A DNA stretch of 64,000 nt from Lachnospiraceae bacterium (GTDB taxonomy: Bacteria; Bacillota; Clostridia; Lachnospirales; Lachnospiraceae), in contig JAILJP010000114.1 of assembly GCA_024694625.1 (NCBI GenBank), forward strand, positions 10,160 to 74,159. Direction: 5' to 3'. Shown in pieces: positions 47,967 through 57,374 of this stretch; positions within the stretch are counted from its first letter, which is position 1; each line of letters opens with the position of its first letter. Under the pieces are notes generated by a model. It was not told the origin of the DNA. It saw only the letters and a list, made by a program, of their open reading frames with translations, and did not search any database. Position numbers and translations under genes: made by a program.

Positions 47967-49412
47967 TTAGGAATCCTGATCCGCAAATAAAGCAGAAACG
48001 TCCGGTTCCTCTTCTTCTACAGGAGCTTGTGGCTCACTTCCCGTGGGAACAGGGTTTTCGACCATAGGAATCTGCTCTGCTGCAGGACGTTCCTCCTCCG
48101 GTAAGGGGAACATATCAAAAAGCATTGCAATTTCATCTTCAAAATTGAATTTCTCGTCAGTTTCCTGGAGAAGGAACTGGTTTACGCTGTCAATTTTAGA
48201 AATTGCAAAATCTATATTTTTATTGGAACCGGCCTTGTATGCACCGATATTAATCAAATCTTCTGCTTCCGAATAGGTCGCCATAACATTTTTTAATTGG
48301 CCCGCCGCTTTTTTGTGAGGTTTTGAGGCAACGGCGGACATAACTCTTGAAATGCTAGCCAATACATCAATGGCGGGATAATGGTTCTGCTGTGCCAATC
48401 TACGGTTTAACACAATATGTCCATCCAAGATGGAACGGGCGGTATCCGTAATCGGTTCATTGAAATCATCACCGTCAACTAATACAGTATATAGGCCGGT
48501 AATGGAACCTACATCGGAATTTCCGGCTCTTTCCAAAAGTTTAGGCATTTCAGCGTAAACTGAAGGCGGATAACCACGGGTTACGGGAGGCTCACCAGAA
48601 GCCAATCCAATTTCCCTTTGCGCCATAGAAAAACGGGTTAAAGAGTCCATCATCAAAAGCACATCTTTCCCTTGATCTCGAAAATATTCAGCAATTGCTG
48701 TAGCAGTCATTGCCGCTTTTTTACGAATTAATGCCGGTTTGTCGGAAGTAGCAACTACGACAACGGAACGTTTCATACCTTCCGGCCCTAAATCGTTTTC
48801 TACGAATTCACGTACTTCCCTTCCACGCTCTCCGATTAAGGCGATGACGTTCACCTGGGCTTTGGTGTTTCTTGCAAACATACCCATTAAGGTACTTTTT
48901 CCTACACCAGAACCGGCAAAGATTCCGATTCGCTGTCCTTTTCCGACGGTAATCAATCCGTCCACGGCTTTTACACCCAAAGGAAGCACATCATTGATGA
49001 TGACACGGTCCATGGGATCCGGAGGCGGGGCATCCACAGGATATGCTAAATCAAGCCCTAAATCTCCTTCTATGTCAGTGGGACGACCCAAGCCGTCCAC
49101 GGTATGACCAAGTAAATCATCACCAACGGGAATCTCCAAAGGTCGATTTGTATTTTCTACAATGGCTCCAACAGAAATGCCCTCTACATTTTCAAAGGGC
49201 ATCAATAACAGACGATTGTCTGCAAATCCCACCACTTCCGCAGAAACATAATTGTGATCATCAATTTTTATATGACAAACATCGTTGAGCTTTGCCTCAG
49301 GTCCCATAGATTCAATCGTAAGTCCAACTACCTTTGTGACTTTGCCCAAACAATCAAAATATGTATTTTGTAAAAGACTGTTTAAATCTCTTTGAAAATC
49401 CGCCATAATCAT
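47967..49412 (-). CDS. fliI: flagellum-specific ATPase FliI
   Basis: Walker A GSGVGKST and Walker B DVLLMMDSLTR, with the F1-beta-like fold. It carries a ~46-aa P/E-rich C-terminal tail. Confidence 0.96.
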   Translation of the reverse strand: MIMADFQRDLNSLLQNTYFDCLGKVTKVVGLTIESMGPEAKLNDVCHIKIDDHNYVSAEVVGFADNRLLLMPFENVEGISVGAIVENTNRPLEIPVGDDLLGHTVDGLGRPTDIEGDLGLDLAYPVDAPPPDPMDRVIINDVLPLGVKAVDGLITVGKGQRIGIFAGSGVGKSTLMGMFARNTKAQVNVIALIGERGREVREFVENDLGPEGMKRSVVVVATSDKPALIRKKAAMTATAIAEYFRDQGKDVLLMMDSLTRFSMAQREIGLASGEPPVTRGYPPSVYAEMPKLLERAGNSDVGSITGLYTVLVDGDDFNEPITDTARSILDGHIVLNRRLAQQNHYPAIDVLASISRVMSAVASKPHKKAAGQLKNVMATYSEAEDLINIGAYKAGSNKNIDFAISKIDSVNQFLLQETDEKFNFEDEIAMLFDMFPLPEEERPAAEQIPMVENPVPTGSEPQAPVEEEEPDVSALFADQDS

Positions 49413-49446
49413 CCTTTACATAAAAAAGGATTTAAAATCCCAAGAA

Positions 49447-50379
49447 TCAGATACTTAAAGACCTTAAATCCTTAATTAAATTTCTCATTTCCGTATCCAG
49501 ACTACAATCAAATACACCGCCGTCAGTTTCAATCAAGCACTGTCCTTCTGTAAGCACTGGATCTTTTACAATATCCAAAACGGCATCGTTTCCAACTTTT
49601 TCCTGTAGAACGGCTTTGTTCTCTTGTAAAAATTCATAGCCAACATCATTTGCTTTGATCAAAAACTGTTTGGAATTTTCAATATTCAAAAGGCAATTGT
49701 CTACCAAGTGCAACAACAATTCTTTGGAGTCTCCAAACTGGACCATAAAGAATTGCTCTAGAAAATCACAAACACAGTTTACGATTTTTCCTTCTAGCTC
49801 TTCCTGCTTTTTCAAGTATTCGTCTTTAATTCTTTGGTTTTCATCTTCCAAAAGGGCTTCCTTGGCATTGTATTCCTGCATCGCCTGGGCAATCCCTTCC
49901 TGGTAGCCTGTTTTTTTACCTTCTTCTTCGTAGTGACTTTTTAAAGCCTGCGCCTGCTCTTCGGCTTCGGAAAGAATCATATCCGCTGCAAATCTGGCAT
50001 CGTGTTTGATTTTTTCCGCCTGTTCCTCCGCTTCTTCAATCAGCATGTTGGATGTTGGAGATGCAGGAGTTTCTTCCTCTTCCGTCTCCATGGGAGCATC
50101 TACGATGTTGCCTTCTTCGTCAATAATGACAAGCTGGTTCCCCTCATCATCATAAGGAAACAAAATATTCCCTTCTTCATCCGTAGGTAAAACCACATTA
50201 CCTTCTTCGTCTGTGGTAATGGAAGCATAAAAATCATCTTTACGTTTTGCGATTTTTTGCTCTTTGATTTTCGAAAGTCGACGCTCATAATCTTCGATTT
50301 TTTCTTTGATTTTGGCATTGGAATCAATGACCTGTTCATCTTCTTCCGTAACAAACTGCCATTTATAAATCTTAGACAA
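49447..50379 (-). CDS. fliH: flagellar assembly protein FliH
   Basis: 310 aa between fliG and fliI, with an E/K-rich coiled coil plus a C-terminal FliH-type domain. It overlaps fliG by 8 bp. Confidence 0.85.
   Translation of the reverse strand: MSKIYKWQFVTEEDEQVIDSNAKIKEKIEDYERRLSKIKEQKIAKRKDDFYASITTDEEGNVVLPTDEEGNILFPYDDEGNQLVIIDEEGNIVDAPMETEEEETPASPTSNMLIEEAEEQAEKIKHDARFAADMILSEAEEQAQALKSHYEEEGKKTGYQEGIAQAMQEYNAKEALLEDENQRIKDEYLKKQEELEGKIVNCVCDFLEQFFMVQFGDSKELLLHLVDNCLLNIENSKQFLIKANDVGYEFLQENKAVLQEKVGNDAVLDIVKDPVLTEGQCLIETDGGVFDCSLDTEMRNLIKDLRSLSI
50092..50214 (-). repeat. in-frame 30-bp tandem repeat x4 inside fliH
   Basis: Encodes TDEEGNVVLP / TDEEGNILFP / YDDEGNQLVI / IDEEGNIVDAP (FliH aa 56-96). 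The DNA shows a recurring ccttcttc(g/a)tc unit. Confidence 0.8.
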
Positions 50380-51382
50380 CTAAATCGTCACCTCCACCTC
50401 TGGAAATAACAATCTCGGATGAATCCTCTAACTTACGGATAACACCAACAATCTTCTGCTGTGCTTCTTCTACGTCCTTCATACGAACCGGACCCATGTA
50501 TTCCATGTCTTCCTTGATCATCGCAGCAAGACGAGAAGAAAGGTTCTTGAAGATGGCATTTTGAACTTCTTCGTTGGCACCCTTTAAGGCAATGCCTAGG
50601 TCGGAGTTTTCAACATCTCTAAGCACACGCTGAATAGCACGGTCGTCCAAAAGTAAGATATCCTCGAATACGAACATCTTCTTTCTGATTTCTTCTGCCA
50701 ATTCCGGTTCTTCGATTTCCAAAGTCTCCATGATACGTTTTTCTGTACCACGGTCTACCGCATTCAATATAGCTACAACGGCATCTACGCCACCAGCCAT
50801 AGTAAAATCCTGATTGATAAGGTTTGATAGCTTTCGTTCCAATACTCGTTCCACTTCTTTGATAACTTCTGGAGAAGTACGGTCCATCATAGCGATACGT
50901 TTCGCAACATCCGCCTGTTTTTCCGGTCCCAAAGCTCCTAAAATCATGGAAGACTGAGCCGGCGCCAAATAAGACAAAATCATGGCAATGGTCTGAGGAT
51001 GTTCGTCTTGGATGAAGTTTAACACCTGAGAAGGTTCTGTCTTTCGAATAAACTCGAAAGGACGTACCTGTAAGGACGCAGTAAGTTTTGTAATAACTGA
51101 CTGTGCTTCTTCCTCGCCCAAAGCTTTTTCCAAAAGTTCTTTGGCGTAGCCAATACCACCTTCGGCGATATACTGCTGAGCCAAACAAACCTGATAAAAT
51201 TCGTTTATAACTTCGTCTTTTACCTGTGGAGATACACTTCTAGTGTTTGCAATCTCCAAGGTAAGTTCTTCGATTTCTTCTTCTTTTAAATGCTTAAATA
51301 TATCAGCAGACTTTTCAGGCCCTAATGTAATCAAAAGAACCGCTGCTTTTTGCACTCCGTTTAATTCGGAAATATCAGACAT
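50372..51382 (-). CDS. fliG: flagellar motor switch protein FliG
   Basis: Motifs GVQKAAVLLITLG and MFVFEDI, plus the C-terminal torque-helix region. Confidence 0.96.
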   Translation of the reverse strand: MSDISELNGVQKAAVLLITLGPEKSADIFKHLKEEEIEELTLEIANTRSVSPQVKDEVINEFYQVCLAQQYIAEGGIGYAKELLEKALGEEEAQSVITKLTASLQVRPFEFIRKTEPSQVLNFIQDEHPQTIAMILSYLAPAQSSMILGALGPEKQADVAKRIAMMDRTSPEVIKEVERVLERKLSNLINQDFTMAGGVDAVVAILNAVDRGTEKRIMETLEIEEPELAEEIRKKMFVFEDILLLDDRAIQRVLRDVENSDLGIALKGANEEVQNAIFKNLSSRLAAMIKEDMEYMGPVRMKDVEEAQQKIVGVIRKLEDSSEIVISRGGGDDLVV

Positions 51383-51385
51383 ATA

Positions 51386-52993
51386 CTAACCCCAATCCTC
51401 GTTTAACCAGTTCCGCAACAGGTTTGCAACGGCCTCCGGTTTCTCGTCCACAAATTTTTCGATAAGAATTCTGGCTTCGGATTTTTCGTTGAATCCAATA
51501 TCTTCCAGATTCTCTTCTTCTTGTTGCTGTTCCAGCAAAGCTTCCACAGAAACTTCTTCTGCAACTTCCTCTTCCTGCTGCTTACGTAAGGTCATAAATA
51601 CTACGAATCCAAGCATTGCAAAGATGAGGACTGCCATTATAATTTCAAGATAATCAGTAAGATCTCTTGCGCTGGTCTTGTATTCAAACATGGGCACATC
51701 GTAGGTTAAAACAGAAATATTCTCAACAGGAATACTGGTTGCATTGGATACTGCCGTAATAACATCCTCATCTACTTCTGTTTTTGTAATATCACTGTTT
51801 TGAGCCGCATATTGTTCAAAGGTCAAATCACCCAACTCATCTCCTGCTTCCATCAACTCTTCGTTATAGGTAACATAACGATAAGCAACAATGGATAAGG
51901 TGGATGTGGTATAATCTACCTTTCCTTTTTCACCGTTAGTGGTGGTAATTGTTTCGTCAGGAACACGGTTTCTGGTGTAATCCTCTGATGTAGAAGAAGA
52001 ATTTTCTCCGTCTTCTACAACATAAGTGGTGTCATCATTGGAATCCGTACCAGGTGTACCGGCTACTCCCGATGTATTCTCTGCCGTGGAATAGGTTTCA
52101 CTGGTAATGTAACCTTCGTCACGGCCTTCATCTACGGAATAATCGTAAGTTACAACATTTGTATCATCAAAGCTCATATCCAAATTTACGGCAATCTGTG
52201 TATTGTCAAAAATTGCAGTGCCGTTTTCGGAATCAGATAAAATACTTTTTACCTTGTCTACCATAAGGGTTTCTGCTTCCTGCTTAACCTTTTGGTTGGA
52301 AGAAGCAATTCCTGCGGAAGTCGCTTCATCACCGCCCGAGAATAATACGTTTGACTTGTTGTCCAAAATGGTAATGTTTTTGGTATCGTCATTCCCAAGG
52401 TTGGTAGCCAAATACTGAGCAACTGCAGCAGCTTGCTGAGTATCCATGGTACCGTTAATAATAACGGAACAATAAGAATCTTCGTCGTTGGCGATTAAAG
52501 TACCATCATCATCAGGTATGTTTAAGGTGACCTTTGCGGAGGTAACATTATCCATGCTTTCCAAGTAATCCGCAAATTCTTCCTGTAAATAATGCAAATA
52601 AAGCTTTTGCTTGTCCGCTTCTGTGGTTGTAAAACTACCGTTTACCACATCATCCATAGAATATCTGGAAGAAGGAATGTTGTTGGTTCCCAAAAGTAAC
52701 CCTGCGTTGGTCTCATCTTCAGACTGCACCTTAAACACATAAGTAGAAGCTTTTTCTTCCAATTCGTAATTGATGCTGTTTTCTTCTAAAAGATTTTTGA
52801 CTGTTTCTGCATCTGTTGCTGTAGTCACAGTGGTTAACGTAACCCAAGTCGGTCTGGAAACAACAAATGCCAAAATACCAAATGCCACAACCACAACAGC
52901 CACGGCAGAAATCATCATGGCTTTTTGGCGGGTATCGTATTTTGACCACCAATCCCTTATTCGATTAATAATGTTTTGCAACTGCTCAGGCAT
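51386..52993 (-). CDS. fliF: flagellar MS-ring protein FliF
   Basis: 535 aa, with N- and C-terminal TMs and the conserved FliG-binding C-terminus (ANLLRNWL). Confidence 0.95.
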   Translation of the reverse strand: MPEQLQNIINRIRDWWSKYDTRQKAMMISAVAVVVVAFGILAFVVSRPTWVTLTTVTTATDAETVKNLLEENSINYELEEKASTYVFKVQSEDETNAGLLLGTNNIPSSRYSMDDVVNGSFTTTEADKQKLYLHYLQEEFADYLESMDNVTSAKVTLNIPDDDGTLIANDEDSYCSVIINGTMDTQQAAAVAQYLATNLGNDDTKNITILDNKSNVLFSGGDEATSAGIASSNQKVKQEAETLMVDKVKSILSDSENGTAIFDNTQIAVNLDMSFDDTNVVTYDYSVDEGRDEGYITSETYSTAENTSGVAGTPGTDSNDDTTYVVEDGENSSSTSEDYTRNRVPDETITTTNGEKGKVDYTTSTLSIVAYRYVTYNEELMEAGDELGDLTFEQYAAQNSDITKTEVDEDVITAVSNATSIPVENISVLTYDVPMFEYKTSARDLTDYLEIIMAVLIFAMLGFVVFMTLRKQQEEEVAEEVSVEALLEQQQEEENLEDIGFNEKSEARILIEKFVDEKPEAVANLLRNWLNEDWG

Positions 52994-53012
52994 TTTCCTA
53001 CTCTCCTAAACC

Positions 53013-53327
53013 TTAAATTTGCATATTCATAATGGTTTGATATGACTGAATAAATCTGTCACGAACCGCTACCGTATATTGCAAAGCAATTTCTGCTTTT
53101 TTCTCGGCAATCATTAAATCATGGGTGTTATCAGACTCTCCCATAGCAAATTTGATTTCTTCCGCAGAAGCTTTATTTGCCAAAGTGTTGGTCTCATTTA
53201 CCATGTTCATTACGGAATCAAAAATCGCACCGAAATCCTCAGATTGATTGGTGGGAATCTCAACTGTGTTATTGGAATCCGTCACAGGTGTTGACTGATA
53301 TAGGTTTTTAATAGCTGTAATATCCAT
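53013..53327 (-). CDS. fliE: flagellar hook-basal body protein FliE
   Basis: 104 aa, with a C-terminal AEIALQYTVAVRDRFIQSYQTIMNMQI. Confidence 0.92.
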   Translation of the reverse strand: MDITAIKNLYQSTPVTDSNNTVEIPTNQSEDFGAIFDSVMNMVNETNTLANKASAEEIKFAMGESDNTHDLMIAEKKAEIALQYTVAVRDRFIQSYQTIMNMQI

Positions 53328-53341
53328 AATTTACCTCGTTT

Positions 53342-53788
53342 TTAGCTTGTACCGATGGAAATACCTTGCTGCGCCATAGCTTTTAAGGCATCAAAAGCGG
53401 TGACATTGGCCTGATAACCACGAGAAGCGTCAATCAGGTTTGTCATTTCTGTAACTGTATTCACATTTGGATAGGTCACATAACCGTTTTCGTCCGCATC
53501 AGGATGAGAAGGATCATATTCCATCACAAAATCTGTTTCATAATCTTCGTGAACTGCAGAAACCTTTACACCATTTCCCTTGTAAGCCTGAACATAGTTT
53601 AACGTATCGGCAAAGGAGGTTGCGGTAAGGTTCTTTTCTTCGAAGGTAACAATCTTTCTGCGATAAGGTTCTCCATCTTCGTCACGGGTGGTATTAATAT
53701 TTGCAATATTTTCCGCAATGGTATCCATACGGAACCGCTGTGCTGTCATACCGCTGGCAGCAATATCAAATCCTTGAAATAATCCCAT
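53342..53788 (-). CDS. flgC: flagellar proximal rod protein FlgC
   Basis: Motifs ASGMTAQRFRMDTIAENIANINTTR and C-terminal YQANV. Confidence 0.95.
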   Translation of the reverse strand: MGLFQGFDIAASGMTAQRFRMDTIAENIANINTTRDEDGEPYRRKIVTFEEKNLTATSFADTLNYVQAYKGNGVKVSAVHEDYETDFVMEYDPSHPDADENGYVTYPNVNTVTEMTNLIDASRGYQANVTAFDALKAMAQQGISIGTS

Positions 53789-53800
53789 AAAGACCTCCTA

Positions 53801-54199
53801 TTAGCTTCCGATGGCGATTTTCAAATGTGAAAACTCATTGGTAACTGCTGTTGTCAACTGCTGATAACGCAACTGCTCTGATGCAAGTTCTACGTTTTCG
53901 GTATCAATATCAACATTATTCTTATCAATTCGATAAGAATAATTCTCATAATCCTTATAAACCTCTGCAGTTAAATTAGAGGTATCCATATGTTTCACTA
54001 AGGTATCCAAATTGGGATACTGTGTGGAACCGGTACGCAATTCTTTTTCCAATACGCTTTGAAAATCCAAATCTTTACGCTTGTATGTAGGTGTATCGGC
54101 ATTTGCAATATTGTTTGCGATTAATGTCTCTCTGGTGTAGCTGGCATCTGCCGCTTTATCCAAAACATTAATATATGAGAAAGCATCTGAGTTAATCAT
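53801..54199 (-). CDS. flgB: flagellar proximal rod protein FlgB
   Basis: RETLIANNIANADTPTYKRKD. It is the first gene of the cluster, with AGGAGG upstream. Confidence 0.93.
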   Translation of the reverse strand: MINSDAFSYINVLDKAADASYTRETLIANNIANADTPTYKRKDLDFQSVLEKELRTGSTQYPNLDTLVKHMDTSNLTAEVYKDYENYSYRIDKNNVDIDTENVELASEQLRYQQLTTAVTNEFSHLKIAIGS

Positions 54200-54237
54200 T
54201 TTGAACCTCCTATATCCACTTTACCCATTCTTTTATT

Positions 54238-54265
54238 ATTATAAATTATATTACATAAAAGGCAA
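54238..54265 (-). promoter_or_regulatory. candidate sigma-A promoter of the flgB operon
   Basis: TTGCCT (54260-54265), a 16-bp spacer, then TATAAT (54238-54243). An A7 tract (UP-element-like) precedes the -35, and the leader to the AGGAGG/ATG of flgB is ~35 nt. Confidence 0.55.
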
Positions 54266-54340
54266 GGTTTTTTTACATTATCTTGTGCTTTTTGATTTAT
54301 CCAAACACTATATTTATGTTTTTATCTCTTTTTAAGAAAC

Positions 54341-54372
54341 AAAAAAGGATTTATAGAAACCTATAAATCCTT
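54341..54372 (-). terminator. rho-independent terminator after codY
   Basis: A perfect 12-bp stem AAGGAUUUAUAG-GUUU-CUAUAAAUCCUU followed by UUUUGUUUCUU. Confidence 0.85.
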
Positions 54373-54407
54373 TTAAAATACTCATCCATGTATTGAACTA
54401 TTATTGA

Positions 54408-55184
54408 TTAATTATTGTTTTTAAGATTTTCTAACTCTTCAAATACAACATCGTTTAAAACCTTGATGTAGGTACCTTTCATTCCGGAAGATCTGGATTC
54501 GATTACTCCTGCACTTTCGAATTTGCGAAGGGCGTTTACAATAACGGAACGGGTGATTCCTACCCGATCTGCAATTTTAGAAGCTACTAAAATGCCTTCG
54601 GAACCGTCTAGCTCATTAAAAATATGAACAATTGCTTCCTGTTCGGAGAAAGAAAGTGTGTTGATTGCAGATTTTACAATCTGTTTCTTTCTGTTTTCTT
54701 CGGCATTCTCTTCGTTAACGGAACGCATCATTTCCAATCCTACTACTGTAGTACCATATTCGGAAAGGATAATGTCATCAATATCATACTGACGGTCGAA
54801 ACGGTAAACAAACAAGGTTCCCAATCTCTCACCTGCAATATCGATAGGGGTAATGATAGCCGCATATCTGTGAATGTCGGACTTTTCGAATCCCAATGTT
54901 TCAAGATTGACATTTTCTTTGGTAGATAAAATAGAAAGCAAACGCTCATTTAATTCAGCGTCAATAAAGCCGCCTACCTTGTCAACGATTAATTCTGTAA
55001 TGTTTTCCGTATGATCTGAATGGGAAATTCCCAGTGCTTTTCCTTTACGGGAAATAACCAAAACATTGGAATCCAAAATTTCTGTCAGAACCTGACAAAT
55101 ATCATTAAACACGACTTTTGAAGAATTATTGTTATGTAAAAGTTTTCCAATCTTACGTGTTTTATCAAGTAATTGTACACTCAT
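54408..55184 (-). CDS. codY: GTP/BCAA-sensing pleiotropic transcriptional repressor CodY
   Basis: 258 aa, with a GAF-like N-terminus and a C-terminal wHTH ASKIADRVGITRSVIVNALRKFESAGVIESRS. Confidence 0.96.
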   Translation of the reverse strand: MSVQLLDKTRKIGKLLHNNNSSKVVFNDICQVLTEILDSNVLVISRKGKALGISHSDHTENITELIVDKVGGFIDAELNERLLSILSTKENVNLETLGFEKSDIHRYAAIITPIDIAGERLGTLFVYRFDRQYDIDDIILSEYGTTVVGLEMMRSVNEENAEENRKKQIVKSAINTLSFSEQEAIVHIFNELDGSEGILVASKIADRVGITRSVIVNALRKFESAGVIESRSSGMKGTYIKVLNDVVFEELENLKNNN

Positions 55185-55211
55185 AATTATTCCTCCATAA
55201 TAAGTGAGTTT

Positions 55212-55240
55212 ATTTTAGCATTTTTCCCCATTATTTTCAA
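55212..55240 (-). promoter_or_regulatory. candidate sigma-A promoter of codY
   Basis: TTGAAA (55235-55240), a 17-bp spacer ending in TGC (extended -10 TGn), then TAAAAT (55212-55217). It is ~28 nt upstream of the codY ATG. Confidence 0.55.
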
Positions 55241-55281
55241 TCAATTTATAGAAATTCAAGTGCACAAGAAAAAATTTCAAC

Positions 55282-55296
55282 GAATTTCAGAAAATT
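55282..55296. promoter_or_regulatory. CodY-box-like palindrome
   Basis: GAATTTCAGAAAATT matches the 15-bp CodY consensus AATTTTCWGAAAATT at 13/15 positions. It lies 4 bp after the topA stop and ~42 bp upstream of the candidate codY -35. Confidence 0.4.
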
Positions 55297-55299
55297 AAT

Positions 55300-57363
55300 C
55301 TATTTTTCCGCAGATTCTACGTAACCGCAATCCTGTTTTGCACAGCAAAGCTTGTTACCCTTAAATACCATATAACTACCACATTTTGGACAGGGCTTCT
55401 TGGAAGGCTTTTGCCAACTCATGAAATCACAATCCGGATAATCTTCGCAACCAAAGAATCTTCTACCCTTTTTGGTCTTTCTGGCTACGATTTCTTTGCC
55501 ACATTTTGGACAGGAAACACCAATTTTTTCAAGATAAGGCTTGGTATTTCTACATTCGGGAAATCCAGGGCAAGCTAAAAATTTTCCGTGAGGTCCATAT
55601 TTGATAACCATGTTTCTGCCACAGTTTTCACAGATGACATCTGTAACCTCATCTTCAATTTTTACCTTTTCCAACTCTTTTTCTGCGATTTTCACCTGTT
55701 CATCCAAATCAGGATAGAAATTACGAATCACAGATTTCCAGTCCACAGAGCCGTCTTCCACTCCATCCAAAAGGCTTTCTAAATTTGCTGTAAAGTTTTG
55801 GTCTACAATGGTGGAGAAGGAATCTTTCATAATATCGTTTACCACTTCCCCTAATTCTGTAACAAAGATAGCGCGACCTTCTTTTCCAATATATCTACGC
55901 TTTAAAAGTGTAGTAATAATAGGTGAATAGGTACTGGGACGACCGATACCAAGTTCTTCTAGGGTGTGTACCAAAGAAGCTTCCGTAAATCTAGGGGGTG
56001 CCTGAGTAAAATGCTGCTTTTCATTCAGCTCTTTAATTCCAAGCTTCTGTCCCTTTTCCAATTTTGAAAGTCCATATTTGGATTCTTTTTGTGTATCCGC
56101 TTCTTCGTAAACAGCGGTGAAGCCATCAAAGGACTTTTGTGATTCTGTCTGAGTAAAGACATAATCCTTTGCATGAAAACGAACGGTGATCACATCGTAT
56201 TTGGCATTTGCCATTTGGCTTGCCAAGAAACGATTGTAAATCAACTGATACAAACGGAACTGATCCCTGGATAAGGATGCTTTTATTTCTGCAGGAACTC
56301 TTGAAATATCGGAAGGGCGGATGGCTTCATGAGCATCCTGAATGTTTCCTTTGTTTTTCTTTGCCGGAGGATTGTAATTCTGATAATAGTTTTCGCCGTA
56401 TTTCTCAGAGATGAACGCCTTTGCGCTTTCCTTTGCCTCGTCGGAAATTCGAATGGAGTCCGTACGTAAGTAAGTAATCAAACCTACGGTACCACTACCT
56501 TTAATATCAACGCCTTCATACAACTGCTGAGCAATTTGCATTGTTTTTTGCAGTGAGAAATTCAATGCTTTGGAAGCTTCCTGCTGCAAAGTGGATGTAG
56601 TAAAAGGCAAAGGTGACTTTCTTTCTCTAGAAGAAGTTTTAATATCTTCCACTGTAAAATCACTGTCACCAATCTTTTTAAGGATTTCGTCAAGGGATGC
56701 TTTGTCACTGATTTCCAGTTTACCCTTGGTGTTTCCATAGAAAGAGACAGGAAGATCTTTTTTTGCATCTAATTTCAACACTGCATCCAAGGTATAGTAT
56801 TCCTTGGGGATGAAATCATTAATCTCCTGTTCACGATTACAGATAATATTTAACGTAGCGGACTGTACTCTACCTGCAGACAGACCTCTTTTTACCTTCA
56901 CCCATAATACAGGTGAAATACGATAACCTACCACACGATCCAAGATACGTCTTGTTTGTTGTGCATCCACAAGATTCATATCAATGTCTCTGGGATGTTT
57001 AAAAGAGTTCTTTACCGCATTTTTCGTAATCTCATTAAAGGTAATACGTACGTATTTATCTTTGTCCAAATTCAAGGCCTTGGTTAAATGCCATGAAATT
57101 GCTTCTCCTTCGCGGTCCGGATCTGTTGCAAGATAAACTTTGTCAGCTTTTTTCACTTCTTTACGAAGTGCTGCCAACAATTCTCCCTTTCCACGAATGG
57201 TAATGTATTTGGGCTCAAAGTCATTTTCTTCGTCGATTCCCAACTGAGATTTGGGCAAATCACGAACATGACCGTTGGATGCCATTACCTCATAGTTTTT
57301 TCCCAAGAACTTTTTAATTGTCTTCACCTTTGTAGGCGACTCTACGATAACGAGATTTTTCAA
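55300..57363 (-). CDS. topA: DNA topoisomerase I
   Basis: TOPRIM (LVIVESPTKVKTI), the type IA core, and three C-terminal Cys4 zinc ribbons (CENCGR...CPGFPEC, CPKCG...CEDYPDC, CPKCG). Confidence 0.97.
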   Translation of the reverse strand: MKNLVIVESPTKVKTIKKFLGKNYEVMASNGHVRDLPKSQLGIDEENDFEPKYITIRGKGELLAALRKEVKKADKVYLATDPDREGEAISWHLTKALNLDKDKYVRITFNEITKNAVKNSFKHPRDIDMNLVDAQQTRRILDRVVGYRISPVLWVKVKRGLSAGRVQSATLNIICNREQEINDFIPKEYYTLDAVLKLDAKKDLPVSFYGNTKGKLEISDKASLDEILKKIGDSDFTVEDIKTSSRERKSPLPFTTSTLQQEASKALNFSLQKTMQIAQQLYEGVDIKGSGTVGLITYLRTDSIRISDEAKESAKAFISEKYGENYYQNYNPPAKKNKGNIQDAHEAIRPSDISRVPAEIKASLSRDQFRLYQLIYNRFLASQMANAKYDVITVRFHAKDYVFTQTESQKSFDGFTAVYEEADTQKESKYGLSKLEKGQKLGIKELNEKQHFTQAPPRFTEASLVHTLEELGIGRPSTYSPIITTLLKRRYIGKEGRAIFVTELGEVVNDIMKDSFSTIVDQNFTANLESLLDGVEDGSVDWKSVIRNFYPDLDEQVKIAEKELEKVKIEDEVTDVICENCGRNMVIKYGPHGKFLACPGFPECRNTKPYLEKIGVSCPKCGKEIVARKTKKGRRFFGCEDYPDCDFMSWQKPSKKPCPKCGSYMVFKGNKLCCAKQDCGYVESAEK

Positions 57364-57374
57364 AGTAACTACCC

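Noticed and set aside
50619-51188. A 189-aa same-strand ORF in an alternative frame inside fliG
   Set aside because: Its R/G/Y/C-rich composition is typical of an out-of-frame read of a real gene. It has no SD and is fully nested in the well-supported fliG.
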